A stretch of 63,913 nt of DNA, counting the filler, from Choristocarpus tenellus KU-1152 (lineage: Eukaryota > Protista > Phaeophyceae): NCBI GenBank assembly GCA_964200185.2. It is 10 parts of 10 records of this genome, joined end to end, with 100 filler letters (N's around TTAATTAATTAA, not from the genome) between each part and the next. Parts side by side here need not be neighbours in the genome. Positions count along the whole stretch, not along the records: positions 3,864 to 15,433 come from CAXNAD020002242.1; positions 15,534 to 28,508 come from CAXNAD020001625.1; 8 more parts are not named here. One strand, given 5' to 3'. Each line of letters begins with the position of its first letter. Positions within the stretch are counted from its first letter, which is position 1. The translations under genes were made by a program, and so were the position numbers. The notes beneath the pieces are model-generated. The model had not been told where the DNA came from, did not search any database, and worked only from the letters and a program-made list of their open reading frames with translations. Shown here piece by piece: positions 13,633 through 28,208 of the stretch.

Positions 13633-14019
13633 TACCTCTGGTTTACTCTGACACAATCTAGAAATATTGTATACTTTAGGGCAGGAAGAACGTAGGAGGG
13701 AAAGATACAAGGGGAATAGCTCTAGGCAAAAAAGAGTTTTGAGGTGATATTATTCTATTGTTCAATGTCAGAAGAGGAGGTGGCTTAGCTAAGGGGTGCA
13801 GTGTTAGCACTTCTAAGGTCCTCTGAGAAATGGTTGTTCTGGATTGTAGATTGGCCGAGTGGGCTTTGATGTTGTGTTGTTGAGGCTTTGGTGTTATGGA
13901 TAGTTCAAGGCGATGTCAATCGTTGAGATGCCACTCTTTTGTTGGTTTGGGAGGCAGTATCTCAATGTTTGATGGGTGAGGGGCTTGTAGGAAAGATTCA
14001 AATAATTGGTGTTTTGAAT

Positions 14020-14281
14020 TAGCCAAAGTGTCTCACAGGGTAGAGCCGGGTCCATTTGGGGGCCAAAATCCAATGTTGCGATTTTGGTGTAATTTTGACT
14101 ATCATGTTAGTTAGGAAGTGTCAATATCCTTCTCTCGGACACATCTTTTCATATCGTATACATTTTACCTACTCCAAAAGATTTCGGAGTAGGAAAATAT
14201 CATTTTTAAAAAACGTGGGAAGTCAAGTACCCCAAATGGACCAACAGGGAAAAACTCGTGCCCTCTACGATACTTTCACTC
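14020..14281 (+). mobile_element. MITE family A, full copy
   Basis: agccaaagtgtctcacagggtag...ccctctacgatactttcactc; flanks aat/tat. Confidence 0.9.
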
Positions 14282-14547
14282 TATTGGGGTTTGAATTGCA
14301 AAAGGAAGAAGGAAGATTATGATCTTTTCATTGCACAAGCAGAAAAAATCAGTCTGTGAGGGAACAAAGATATTTGCAAGGTGTTATTGCTGTGAGTGCC
14401 CTGGTTCATTGCTTGGACCCAAACTGGCATGTGATCTGTGGAACCATCCCTTGCCGAGTAGCTCTAAAGCCACTTCAAAACACGCCTCAAGCATTGCATG
14501 GCACAGTTTGCCACTTTTGGACTAACCACTCCAAATCTCATACCCAG

Positions 14548-14690
14548 GAGCTGACAAGGTCAGAGCTCGAGAGATGGTTGACAGGGGATGGAAGGCGGGA
14601 TGGGAGTCTAAAGGGAGGCCAGGGAGTTGTGAAGCAGAACGAGATTGAGACTAAGCGGAACCTCCCACAGGGAAATAGCCAGTGCAGCAG
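14548..14690 (+). CDS. Candidate orphan internal exon (ELTRSELERWLTGDGRRDGSLKGG...)
   Basis: Acceptor cccag|GAG, donor CAG|GTAAGG, open purine-rich frame; no recognisable homology. Confidence 0.35.
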
Positions 14691-15119
14691 GTAAGGAAAA
14701 TGCCTGGTAGTCTTTGGGAAGGTGCGAACGGAGGCCAAGCTGTTGATATTGCGTTAAGTAAGGTAGAGTGTTGATTTTTCTGCGAGAGATGTGGTGACCC
14801 TCTGTTTCCTTTTCTTTTTTTTCTCTTTGATTTTTTTTTTGCTGCTTTGTTGTGTGACTTACAAAAAAAAAATTGTAAGTGCAGTAATCTGAAAGACAAG
14901 ACATTTCAGCAGATTGGTTCGCTATATTTCCGGATATGTTCGAGATTTTTTCCAGACACGTTTTCTCCTAATGCTGATTCATTGTCAAGGTGATAGTACC
15001 CCTCTGTTTTTTCTCACTTGATATGATCAGGCCCTTCTCCTTACTGTATGCTTTTGGTGGAATTTTCAAAGAGGTATTAGCATAGAATCTCAGAAGAGAG
15101 TCAGCGTAGGTGAGTGGTA

Positions 15120-15348
15120 TCCAGAGTTTCATTTTTAAGGATGCTGACAAAATGTGTACAAAATTCGTCTGTTTTATGCAAGTGCATACATGACATTTTT
15201 TCTGAATTGTGTCAAACATTTCTCAAACAACAGCGAAATCAATGCTCTCGAGTCAAAACTTTCGACGCCATCCATAAAAATATGAGTGAAAGGCAATAGA
15301 CTGAAAAAACAGAATATTAAAATGAAAAAAAAACTGCCAAAACCTGGG
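15120..15348 (+). mobile_element. Family D dispersed repeat (putative MITE), copy 3
   Basis: ta-tccagagtttcatttttaaggatgctgacaaa...aaaacctggg-ta; aligns to 13414-13632. Confidence 0.65.
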
Positions 15349-15395
15349 TAGCTCCTGTTTGCCTTGGCTCAGTGACTTGAAATGCAAGACGGCCA

Positions 15396-15433
15396 GGGTC
15401 AAAGTATCTTGGGGGGGGGGTGGTTTGTGAGGG
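15396..15433 (+). mobile_element. MITE family B end, at contig break
   Basis: gggtcaaagtatcttgggggggggg, then gap. Confidence 0.75.
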
Positions 15434-15533
15434 NNNNNNNNNNNNNNNNNNNNNNNNNNNNNNNNNNNNNNNNNNNNTTAATTAATTAANNNNNNNNNNN
15501 NNNNNNNNNNNNNNNNNNNNNNNNNNNNNNNNN

Positions 15534-15595
15534 GGAAGCCAAGCCCCAAATGGACAAACAGGGCAAAACTTGTACCCTCTAAGATACTTTCACTC
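15534..15595 (+). mobile_element. MITE family A end, at contig start
   Basis: ccccaaatggacaaacagggcaaaacttgtaccctctaagatactttcactc. Confidence 0.88.
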
Positions 15596-15980
15596 CCCTA
15601 TGATTAACTCCAGCAATGTAAGTCAAATTTCCGAGACCCGTAAATTGAAAAATCCCCATCCTGCATGCAGCAAGAGCCAAGCAAATCCTCACTGCAGTTC
15701 TAACACTTGAATTCTGTCCACCAGGCTGCTCTGACTGTGTAAATGTTCTCTTTGAAGTTTAGATGTCACCTCACCTGCTGGCTACACATGTTGGCAAATA
15801 TTTCACTTTGTATCAACTTCCATAATATCCGAGGTTGATTCTTTGAAGTGCACCTATGCCATCAGCAGCACAGTTTGGATCTCTCTCCAGCACCACAATG
15901 GTAAGGCTTTGGCTTGCTCATGTACTGCTATTATAGGTTCTGTAGTTGGGTCTGCCTAGTTGTTCCTACATTTCTCCCAC

Positions 15981-18900
15981 CTCATATGCTCTTTGCACTT
16001 CCATAAAGCGCTCTGCAGCATCGACTCTGGCATTCTTGTCCGGGTGATACTTGACAGCCAATCTCCTATAGGCCTTCTTCACCTGCAGAATTATGTATGC
16101 ATGTCCCATGAACCCTCAACCAACGCTCATCCTCATTACGATCAACATACCTACTAGGGCGGTACAATGACAATCAGAGTATCCATGTCAAATAGACTTA
16201 CCCTCGCCTTCTAACCCAACCCCCAGGGGAATGGGGTTGAAAATGGGACTGTCTGGAGGATCTATTGGGTGAGCAGCATGGGCACCGCATGAGGTGTGTT
16301 GTTTGGCTGTAACAATACACATATGATTGTGTTCTCAATACAGGAAGGTTTCTGCTAATATGGATCACTCCTCCTTAGCCAGGTCCGACAGACTCTGTAA
16401 GGTGTGATAATCTCTGACTTTTGTTACTTTGCCATACTGTACTTCTCTAAACTCTGGCTATCTCGACAAAAGTGGGATTCCAATTCATGGCAACTTGTCC
16501 ATCTTAAGCCCCAACGGAACCACAAATATCTCCACATCAGTCACATCTGCCCGTTGTACATCATGTTCGAACATCCCTGTTATTTTACCTTCCTCGGATG
16601 TGGTCCTGACACAGTCAAAGACAACACTGGAAAATGAAGCGGAAGAGAACATAGCACACTCAATCATGGCATAGCTGCCACCTCTATTCCAATATGCTTG
16701 AACAGTATACAAAATTGTGAGGTATTTCTTGGTCATCTCACTGCATTAGTGGTGGCACCCTTGGTCAGCTCGAGGGTGTCGTAGTGTGTGGCACCCGACT
16801 TGCCCTCAGCAACACAACCGGTCTCTTCATGCATCCCTGCACCCCAACCGTGCCCTGAGCTTGACCCCCAACCTTCCCCTCGAGGTTGGGATCCCCCTGC
16901 CCATGCTCCTGCTTTTGTACATGTGAGGTAAGTAAGTGGGTTTTGTAGGAACGACCAATATGAGCTAGGGGAGGAAAGGCGAGAATTCTTGCAGATATAT
17001 TTCAGTTTGGTAACCAACGTCAGCGTTTGACAGTATGTATTATGTGTCTTCACTTTAGTGTGAGGGGTCTCAGGTCCGTGTTCAAAAGGTACAGCATGGG
17101 AAAGACAATAAGAGTGTAGATTGAAAGGACAAAATGAAATTGAAAATGTGATGATTACAAGACTTGATGACAATGGTGTCCAATGATTGACTGGGAGCTG
17201 AGAAATGGGGTAGAAGGATGACAAGTACACAGTGAAGAAACTTGAATGCATATCCTTATTCAAAACTATGTTCAATTTGGAATGCAAGTGCAAGGGTTTA
17301 TCCATAGCAATCACACTCCCACCAAAAACGCACCTCCACTGCCTGCATAACCATGGTCGTGGAAGCCGCTAGCACTTTGGTTATTGCGATAGCTGTCATG
17401 AATGAGGAACATACAGTTGAAACAAGTTGACGGAGGAAGCAAATGGCTTGGGTATTTAGAAATAAAGCATATTGTTCTTGGACAGTTTTTTTTTTGGTGT
17501 ATGATGCAAGCAACTTTATCACAGATTCCATGCAGCAAAATATTGTCACTTCTGTTTCATGATTGATCGCAATATTCGGTTACATGCCGCATCAGTGATA
17601 ACTCCCCAAGCGTTACCTACAGGCTACCTACCGTGGCATAGCTGAACATAGTTTCACAGTAGATGGCTTGTTCAACCACTGTACATTTGACCAAAACCTT
17701 GAGAAGTGTTGTATATGCTGCTGTGTTTATTCCCTTTTAGTATATTATTCCCATTGAAATTGTGTAGATGGTGTCAGGGAAGGCCCTCTCGTCACCTCAC
17801 AACCCTCCCATACCAGGTGTACTCTCTCTCCCTACACATACTAGTATATATGTATATATATAAATGACTGTGCACTCTTTTTAGTTGTACCTACTCAACA
17901 TTTCAACCTCTCTCCATAGATGCAAGATGCCGACATCCTCCCAGCTGAGTGCAGAGAGGAGAGGGATACAACCATCATTAAATCTTCTTGGAACTGCTAC
18001 AGTTTTCCTGCTACAGTTGACCTCCTTCATAGGGCTGTACAACATGCAGCAATGTTTAGAATATGACCAAATGTTTTAACTACTGATTAGATTGAACTTT
18101 GACTGATCATGACAATACGTACAAGCCTGTTCTTTCAAACTCCCTACCTGTCCCCTTGCCATGACGAATTTCTTTGTGCTTCCTTCTGCATGAGGCAATT
18201 ATGCAGATCTTCCTGGAGTCCAGGAGTCCATTTTGAACTCTCTGCTCCCACTCCGTCCCTGAAGACCTCTAAGTCCTGAGTCGAATTTCAAGCAAGATTA
18301 CAAAGAAGTCGGGTGGGGGGGCATACAGAGAGGGGATTATGGATGTGTTGAACAATCTGTGCAAAATATTGATGTTAGGACTGGGGCAAACCTCCCTTGG
18401 CAAGAAAGTAAAAGGGAGTGCATGGTGATCATACCGGCGTGTGCGTCATGGGAACACGTCCATGTGAAACAAATTGGAGAATGATAAGTGCAGTATGTTG
18501 TATTCCCATGGCTTTGCTAGGATGATATCAGTTGGAATGTCACTCAAGCCGCCAATGAACACTGAATCACCGCATCTGCATCCAATGGATTTCAACAAAT
18601 TGGTTTTGCACCTTCTCTCAGTTTTTGAAACAGGATTGAAGGAATATCTATCACCCCTATGTGAGGATGGTATGCTCCCAGCACAGCCCACCAAACCTCA
18701 TCCTACAGGTACAGTAGTAATGTCACTCCTGACTATTGGGGAGAGGACAAACAAGCAGAGGACTCATGATCGCTTTTCCAACCCTGCAGTATTGTATGAG
18801 GAGGCAAAGACTAGGATTAAAGGCTAGGATTGGTAAGACTCCTCCTGCTGGCAGAGGACACAACCATCATAACCATGGCTACTAGTGTGCACAGTACTTA

Positions 18901-21900
18901 GATATTTGACCAAGACATTGTTCTTCATAGTTGGACTGAGGAAGCAGTTGTCACCCGTGAAACCTATAAAACTATTTGTGAGGGCACGATGCTCACAGAA
19001 TGGAGAAAAGGTGCAATGATAAAATATTGTTACCTCTCAAATCATGTACTTGTCTTGTACATCCGTACAATTTAACATGCTGAATTGGTGCCGGTTCTGT
19101 AATAAGAGGATTCATTCATCAACATTGTATTTTCTAAACCTCGCCACCCTTGGTCTGAGCGTGTACCTAAAAGCAACGCACCTTCTTCGCATCATCCCAC
19201 TGACCCAAGGCCATATTAGCACCTGCCCGCATGAGCATCAGCTTATGAATCATCACCATGTCTGAAGATTGTGTGAGCTCCAGTGCCTGCATGGAGGGTC
19301 CACAGGTGACCAGGGCGTTCACAAAATAAGAACACAGAAGTGGTATTGGCAGGATCATTGGCAGAAGCACTGGCAGGAGGGTTGCTCTTCCCATACATCA
19401 CTGTCCTGTCGGTTGCTGTTGGTTGCCATGGTAGAGACTCTAGGGAGGTGTCTCCTCTTTGGAGTCCCTTAGCAACAATCATGGAGTGGATAGGGTGGGG
19501 AGGATCGCATACTACTCTGGTGACGCATACGGATCAAGAATCATCAACTACCTTGACATAAATATCTACATCACCCCAAGAGTAGCGTCACCTTGGTGCA
19601 GTCTATCACAGCTTCAGCGTGCTCCCAACTCTTTCCCGATGCATCTGCTCTCTTGATGTGAAGGCGTGCTCTTGTCCCTTTCTGCGACTGGTCTGTGACA
19701 TATATCGCCACATTCAGGAAGTAGGTGGCACTCCCATAACTGCCCTCTTGGAGGCATTCATCAGCCATCTGGTTTTTCGTGACGATGATGAAGGCACATG
19801 CGCAAACAGGCAAGTACAGAACATCATCACTATACACACACAGTGCACTTCATATCAATCATACTGTACAACCGAAAAAATGTATCCTACTTGTGCACAC
19901 CAACACGTTCACACATTTGAGCATATACATGCCAATGTATCTCCTTGGCAACCTCACATGCAATCATCCACATGTATACTCATCCCATGGTAAGGTATCA
20001 CGCACAGAGGATGCACTATGTGGTCAGGGTTTATTGAGTAAGGTGTGGGAGAGGCAGTATAAGGGTGTATCCAGAGGAAGGCAAAACATTTCAAGAGCAA
20101 GGCTGCATGCAACAAAACAATGAACTGGGAATATCCGCCGATAATTGTCTTTCCAAAGCCTTTTAGTGATCTATCAGACAAGGTCTGGCATTGGTTTAAA
20201 ATAGAGTTCCTCTACCCCAAATACGACATTGCCAATATTTTAAAATAACCTAGGGAGTGCAAGCACGTTGGGGAGCTTAGTGTGAGGGATTTGTATGGCA
20301 TTATCCTCATCTAGTGGGAAAGCTGACGTCCTCCAGAAGATTGTATAAGACAGGATAGTAAACATGCCCAAGGGACGATCCATGTTCAGGAGGTCACCAC
20401 TAAGGTGTGTTCTCCAATAAGGGTGACGGGAGAGGATTGCTGATGTTCACATGAGTGATTATATCCAGCTAGTGCTTGATGGCATAAACACGCCACCACT
20501 CAACCTACCACAGTACCTTGACGTACTTCATGCCAGCTCAATGTTTTGTAACTCTTTCCTCAGTTGCAATCCAACTTGCTAATTTTCTTGCACACCTTCT
20601 TTCCGTTATAGCTCGAATATCTTAGGTCAAGCCACCATCTGGAAGTACCCATATATTGCTTGACTTCTGTGTTGGGGAACAACCTCCACCATATTGTGGT
20701 GTCTATGTCAGCAACAACACAATAGTTGGTCGTGAGTGTGTTAAGTGTCAGGATCTAGATCTGATAGTGAATACAGCAACAAAACATACCGCATTCCATA
20801 GCCAATTAAGTATCGCTTGTTTGCAGTAAACTTAAACAGCGTATGGATAAAATTACATTGTTCTTTATGTAAAGAGTATCCTAAACTGCCAAGCTGAAAT
20901 ATAGTAATGGTCACACATACTAGAAATATATCCTGGAGGTGTAGCGTGTTATCAAGACGTCCCTTGAGTATTGTACACTTCTGAAAACGTAAATGCCTTG
21001 CAGGGTATAGCACGCCGATTAGGCCACAGGGGCCAACATAACCTTGGTATCCGTGCTCTCAATGCACATGGCAATTGTTCAGCTTCCTAGTTACTATCAC
21101 CATCACAGCAATTCTAAAACGCCTCTTTGTGATGATTTGTCACCAAAACACTTGAGACGGAGCTCACCGGAACCTACAGCAATGCGCAGTGTGCACCTAC
21201 AAACTCCCTGAGCACCTTAACGGGAATGACTTCTGTGAGTTGATACCCATATCTTTTTTGACGAAATTGCATCCGACAAGTATTGAAACATAGTTGCAAT
21301 GTGTTTTACACCTCTAAGGACCTCCACCACTGCAACAGTACGATTTACAATCAAATTGATCAGCTAGACCCAACATCCAGTAAGTCTTACCCTCTCATTG
21401 TTCTGCCTCTCCAGCTCAGACTCCAACTCGGAAGCCCACTCCTGACTTCCCCCACATATGTCGATAACTGCTCTGAGAGTCTCAACAAATTTATCAGAAT
21501 CGTTGTTTCTGACATATAGCAAGCAGGGGCAGAGTGAAAGTAAGATTTTGATGGGACTGAAGTGTGTGGGTGTAGATATACGTGTCCTCGTAAGTGGTTG
21601 GGTTGGCATTTGGATTGCAAATCAGAGTGAGTGGAGGTCAATTGGTTTGGAAGGTTTCAAAGAGAGAATGGCACTATGTAGAATTGAACTGTGGGTTAGT
21701 GGTTGTAGTGGGGAAAAACTCGAGTCACTTTAGCGCTTAATTTCTTCAGGATATGAAAATTGCATGAGGACAGAGGGGTAAAGGGCGGTAGAGGCCGGAA
21801 ATTACTCATTCGACACATCGAGACCCCTCACTCCCTGCACATCTCAGGATCATCCCACCACTCTCTTACCCAAGGGCAGTGCAGTAGATTCGCTGCATGT

Positions 21901-24900
21901 CAATGTGCAGTCCGGAGAGGATGGTCCCAGCTCCGGTTTGGTCGTCCTCCTCCAACCCCACCAGTTGTGGGAGGCCTACACCATTCTCACAGAGGTTCTT
22001 GTCCTTGGCCCACTCCTCACAATGCTCTACTATAGTACCGCATTCTTCCTCGTGCATGAGCACTCTAAGCTGTTACCAGCCCAGGGAGGATTGAGGGAGG
22101 GTACAGAAAAGACGTAAGGATGGACCCAAAGGAGGCAGGTTGTATTGGCAGCATCATGGGTGGGTCGTGAAAAGCAAAAACGGGAGGTTGATGAAGCAAC
22201 AAGATTTTTCAAAATCTGCTTAAACACCTTGCATACAGTACAACCAGCAAAGTCATTACTCCAGTGCTCCACCACCGCACATAGTACAGGTATGATATCC
22301 CAAACATACCTACAGTCTCTGGCTCCTCTCTACACCATCTATAGATTTTGCTGTGAGCAATTGACAATGGCAACAAGAGAAGCACTCACGACCCACCGAA
22401 CAGAGGCGTGGCTCAATGTGAAGGAAGGAAATCATTCGAAAACGTCAAATGGGTGTAGATTGACCCAAATATGAAACACTCTCTTCAACAGTGGCAGGAT
22501 TCAACGTCCTGGATGTTCTTTTTCAGAGGAGGCAAGGTGTCCAAACTAAGGCCTCTTCCTTCTATTAATGCCGTATGGGCTATTTCTCATGTCATGCCAT
22601 TGCCATGCACCACTAGAGCTCTACTGCAACAACCCTTTTTGGCCTAACACTACTCTACTCGAACTATACCTGCCTTACTCATAGCCCCAAACCCCAGCTG
22701 ATGCACACTACTGTAACTGGTACGCATTACTTCGTTAGAAATAGAAAGGATAAGCACACTGTACTGCTCACCAAGCTGGATTGAGCTTGAACATAGTTTG
22801 GGATATTGAGGACTACCCTCTCAAACCTCTCCCTCGCCACCTTCATGTTGCCCCTGCTCTCGTACATTGTGGGCACATATGTGTGCACACCAAGCATTAC
22901 CCAGGTATGCCAATATTGGCCGCACATGATAGTAGACAGTGAAAATAGCAAGTCAAGAACAATACAGTCAGCAGAAGGGAAGACGGCATGTGAGCATGTA
23001 TGCAAGGTAGGGGATTGTGAGTATTTCCTGGTGAACATTCTGCAGGAGCACCATTGGCATGCTCATTCGTGCAGGGTAGCATACGAAAGTAGCAAGAGGG
23101 TAGAGACAGGAATTTCTCTCCTCCTGTATCATCATGATTTGCATTTTCTTTTATTGTTTTGTAGGGCACTCTGTCCTAAGATATATGTCCTCAATATGCT
23201 TCCTATGTACAATACACATGAAAGCACAGTCTGTCCCAGCCCTCTTGAGGAAAATGCTGCCCTATACATCATACAACAATTTGGGCTTGGAGGAGCACAA
23301 GGAAATTTCCTGTTGCTCTGTACTCATTACAGTTTTGAAGCATGCCTTTTCGGATGCTACATATTTGGTGATCAAACCCATGCATTTCTCTGTACACAAG
23401 GTGGTTATTATTGATTGATGAAGATTCACTTTGCTGGTAACTGACCTATGCTGACACTCAATATCTCCAGGCAAGTCGCAAAACACACTACAACAAGTAT
23501 ATGTTCATCACATTGAGTGTTACTACATGGGAGAAGGAGGTAATCAGCACTGTGGGTCCCGTAGGTAAAACAGAATTTCCCTAGACAGCCCACATGCTGG
23601 CCACATAAATATATTCCCACCTTGCCGGAGGTTTCGGCACTTGATTTCTAGTCAGCGGAGCCTCAAGTCAGTATGGGAATTATCTGGTCAATGTCTATTT
23701 ACGCCACCAGGAGAAAATGGTATCTTGGCAATCAAGGCCTGGACAAGTTTTGGACCCTGAAAGTGGACTTGGAATTCAGCATGGAGGTAACTGTGAGGCC
23801 GTATATTGTACTCTTCCATGACATACATATCATGCCCACTCTCATGGCCATTATCTTATCACTCCCTCTGCGGTAAAGCTTGATGATAACACCATATACC
23901 ACCAAGATGGGCCATTATGATCAAGGCAAAATGGGGGGGCTCAGGAGATTGTGGAAAGGGGGGAAGAGACAAGGATCATATAGACAAGCAGGTGGTACCA
24001 CAAAAAAGAAGCTGAGGAAGGGACTCAGGTAAAGAGGAAAACAGGTAGGAGTGCATAGAACGAGGAGAGAAGGGAGGGGAGGGAGATAATGGGGGGAATA
24101 GAGTATGAAACTATTGAACTTGATTAAATTCAACAACATGTGTTTTAATCCTTACAGCTCACCATTCATAAGCATCCATGCCATAACGCATTTCCGCTTG
24201 AAGGGCTACCAGCTTGTCATAGCCCTGGTTACAGAGGTTGCGGATGGCATCATCACCCTAGAGGTTGAAACGAAAAATCGATGAGAGTCCAGGGCGAGGA
24301 TCATACACACGAGCGAGTGGAACAAAATGCTAGGGGAAGCAGATCAGGGCAAACTAAGGTGGGAGAGTACTACATACAATTGATACAAATAATAGAAAAC
24401 GATGAGCATGTTGTGTCTCTAACTCTCTGGACAACAGGCAATGGTTGTGGATACATTTCACTGGCTTTTGGAATCGGAGTTAGAATACAGACCCAAATGT
24501 TAGCTCTGTGCAACGTATCAATGCTTGGAGGAGACTTAGGTTGGAGGGGACAGGAGAGGAGCGTACAGATGTAATACAGATTGCACCATGTTTTTGAGTG
24601 CTTGAAGACTATTGTGTCACTCCTGCAAGAAATATACCACTCTTGACAGGCAGTACGTACTGCATTTGCAAAAGACCTGGCAGGGGGCTGGAGGGAAGGC
24701 ATTGGGTGGGATCTAAGCAAAGTTTTCTTCAACAACAGGAATCACCCCTCACCCGTCTGGAACCCTCAACAAAGGAGTCCCTTGCCTCTTGTACATCACC
24801 ACTATTCACCAGTGCATTGCCCAGGCACTCGAGAGCCTGTTCATCACAAGAGTAGAAAGAGTATCAGCAGGGAGGACAAGGTGCACCTCTGAGCAATGTA

Positions 24901-27900
24901 GTAGGTTTTGAAAATTGACGGTTGAATTGTTGAGAGAAGATGGTCATGTAAAGAGAAAATAGAAGATTGATATTATGTTGAATGAGTACCACAACTTGAA
25001 TAAAATTTGGTTATACTATTCCTTTCTTTCTTGTTCTCAAAGACACAGTCGAAAATTCCTCCTCCAGATTGGGAAACCCATTCTACATTTTTCAGTTCTT
25101 CTTGATCCTTTCTAGGAGAATGTAACTATTTTACCATCCAAGGCAAAAACTTGAAGGATGCGGAGAGGATTCACAACCTGTGGGTGATGGGCTATTGTAA
25201 TGTACCCTATGGGAGGGTATGATGCATAAATACGATCTGTATTGTACCAGAATATACCATACATGAGGCATGCACTATCTGCAGACAACCTGGTGACCAA
25301 AATCTTCTCTTTTCCTTCCATATCTCTTCTGTACAATGTGCCATATATATATATATATATGTATGTTGCGGTGTTTCTATGTACAGTTTCCTAGCACCTA
25401 CAAATGTCCATAAACCAGAGCAGAGCAGTATTTTGACTTGATCTCTACGCAAATATATACAATATATTGCACCCAGCATTATCTAAGGGGCTAGTTCTAT
25501 CGGGCAATGGTAGGGTTAGGATTAGTGTGTATATTGGACCTAAGAGAGCTACTGATGGCTATTTCAAGTACCATAATTGGTGCTAAGATTTCTAAAGACA
25601 ATTCATAAAATGGGTTTCTGGTCAATAATATACTAGTATAGTATTTTATGCATATGCACCTGGAATTTCCAAGAGTAGACAGTACTTCTTTGCCTGAAAA
25701 ATGAACTGTCAACTTTGCTGCTCATGCTTACTGCTTTCGAAAGAGGCTAGTACTGCTGCTGCTCCAGACTAGACTGAAATATGCTCAGCTGTAACCCTAG
25801 CTCAGGGTTCTTGCTTCCATCCCACCCAACATCTCCCTCCAGACTCTGTGCTATAATCAGATGCATCCTCAACCTCAAAATGCAATGACACATCTACCTA
25901 GTTGCCTCTTAAGCTTGCTTCATAATTTGGAGGAATAATTTTCAGTGCCCAATTGCAGGTTATGACAAAGCAGTTCAGCCATTTGGCTATTTCAATCTGC
26001 TTTTAATACAGCCCCTCGACTAAATCCTGATATTGACTTAGTGTTTTGTTACCATCATCCCACCCTAACGAATAGGATTTAAGTCTAAGCATTTGAACTT
26101 CTCGCAAGTTCTTGTCCAGACACCATCATTCCTGTATTATAGAGTTTTATGCTAAATTATCCCATGTAGTTTGGTTCGCCCGTGTTTCCAAAATTCAGCC
26201 AGCAACTGAGTATTTTTCGAAGGAAATGTGAGGTAGTGTAGCTTATATGATCATTGCTGATAACTGTGGACCTCAAAAATCCTCAAAATTGATCGGTACT
26301 ATGAACTTACTCAAGTATAGTTTATTTTTCCTTACCTCTGAGTGTTGGAGGATTCATTGTTGAAGCTGTTGAAAGGAAGGGAAATGATATTGCAATCGCT
26401 CCAATTTCCAAACAATCATGGACAAAAATGTACTTTGACTGCCTGAAACAAAAGAACAATTTTCACTATTCTTCAAAAAGATATCCATATGCATACAGAT
26501 TATATAGAATACCAACCACTACATACTACACAGCAAAATGTGAAACAGAAATTTGTACAGAACGAAAGGCTGGTCTATTTACACTGAGGTACAAATGGTC
26601 CATTTTTTGTTTCTATTGGAAGGAGCACTCCACCCCTGCCTGGTCCCCTGCAAAAATGCACCATTAACCCCATCCCATACTCAATTCGATCCCCAGCCCT
26701 TGTTCTCAGTGCCATTCCCCACCTTGATGCATGTAGGGTCTACCTCCAGGGCCTGTCTGCAGTCGTTGGCCGAGTTTTTGTACATACGGAGGCAGAAGTA
26801 TGCCGCAGCCCTGTTCAAGTAGAAGGGGGCAAGATGTGATAGCTCACAAGCTTCCATGAACGGCCCAGAAAGTCCATCCCCACCTCCATCCAAGCCAAGG
26901 TGTGAGAGGGGCATGTGCACTGCTCCTGCTCCTTCTACTGCTGCTGTCATGCCCCTCTTTCGCTGCTTGTCAATGAGAATCCTGAGGTGATTGGTGACCT
27001 TCACAGACTCCTTCAGCAATCTCAGAATATCTATAAAAAGACGAAACAAATGATACATGAGAGGAAATGGTGTCAAGTGGCAGAAATGAAAGGGGGTATA
27101 GCACAGAGGAATGCAGAAGCAAAACAAGAACATTTGGAGCGGTTATACACTATTGAACTCAATCGCGAAGACAGACAGATGTATTCTAAAAATGCCGACA
27201 TGCATACATGCCGTGATTCAGGGGGCAAGCTCCATCATTGCACACTCAAGCGGGGGAATGGTAGACAGCAAGGTATGCAACAAACTCGTAACAACATCAA
27301 ATCGAACCCCGTATAATCATCACCCTATGTGAAAAAATGGTGCCAGATGCAAGAGTTTGTAGCCTTGCACTTCGAACTCTTGGGCGTGTCATGATCTAGG
27401 CCGTGAAGAATGAGTCACGTTACTCAATTGCAGAGGCAAAGCCCTCCTGGTCCAAAAACATTTTCTCATCTACCTGTGACCACGACAGGACCTGTAACCG
27501 TACTCAACCACACATATTTTTCAAATGTCAGTGGCTTCTACAAAAGAAAGGACTGCCTCAGTATATAGTTCTAATCCACAGCAGTGAGTAGTACACCGTG
27601 CAAATAGCACAGTAGCCAAGAGAAAAATGGATAGTCAATATCTTCCACCATATGTCAGCATCTTTGTGCTTGGGAGATGAAGAACACTGGGACAAATTAA
27701 CATATGGCAGTTCCAATTGCACAAGCTCAAAGGGTGCCTTACACACACATATACACACACACATATATATATATATATCTGTATTAAAACGGGCTGTGTC
27801 CTCAAGCCTTGAAAACGTGCGCCGTTAATCAAATCTCAGCAGGGTACAAATTCTGCACCCTTCACCCCTACCATGAACAAACAGGATCTCTATGATGTAC

Positions 27901-28208
27901 CCAATCCGCACCTATTCCTGCCTTGCACTGTCCCTCCACCCATGTCCCCACATTCTCCCCCTTGTGACTCTATGGGGGATGAACCCTTTGATGAGGACGA
28001 TTTCCCATTCATTGGATCAAAGGCAACCCCCCCTCCCTCCCCAATCCCATCTGAGGCATCTTCTTCTGCCCCAGCCCCAAAACGAAACGTTTTGGTTGGA
28101 AAAGGGGTCATGGGAGCACTGTCCCAAATGCCACACCCCTTAGCTCTAAACCTGACCGCAAAGGGTGGCGAGGAAACTGAAACCGGTGTAGGGGGGACAG
28201 CTCCCACG
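15981..28208 (-). CDS. TPR-repeat + C-terminal J-domain co-chaperone (DNAJC7-like), partial. Exons: 27912-28208, 26723-~27020, 24753-24836, 24163-24257, 22772-22853, 21870-22069, 21391-21508, 19592-19768, 19182-19286, 18148-18275, 17334-17392, 16742-16911, 15981-16082
   Basis: Thirteen GT-AG exons with compatible phases. TPR motifs [34 protein letters not shown]|[19 protein letters not shown]...AVIDCTK|ALEL and [17 protein letters not shown]|DLE. J-domain [16 protein letters not shown]|[17 protein letters not shown]...[10 protein letters not shown] with intact HPD. Confidence 0.85.

Noticed and set aside
20500-23600. Faint RT-like remnants in DnaJ-gene introns ([15 protein letters not shown]), including ORF 22806-23414(+)
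   Set aside because: Too decayed to support; the + strand ORF is partly antisense to a real exon and has no motif.
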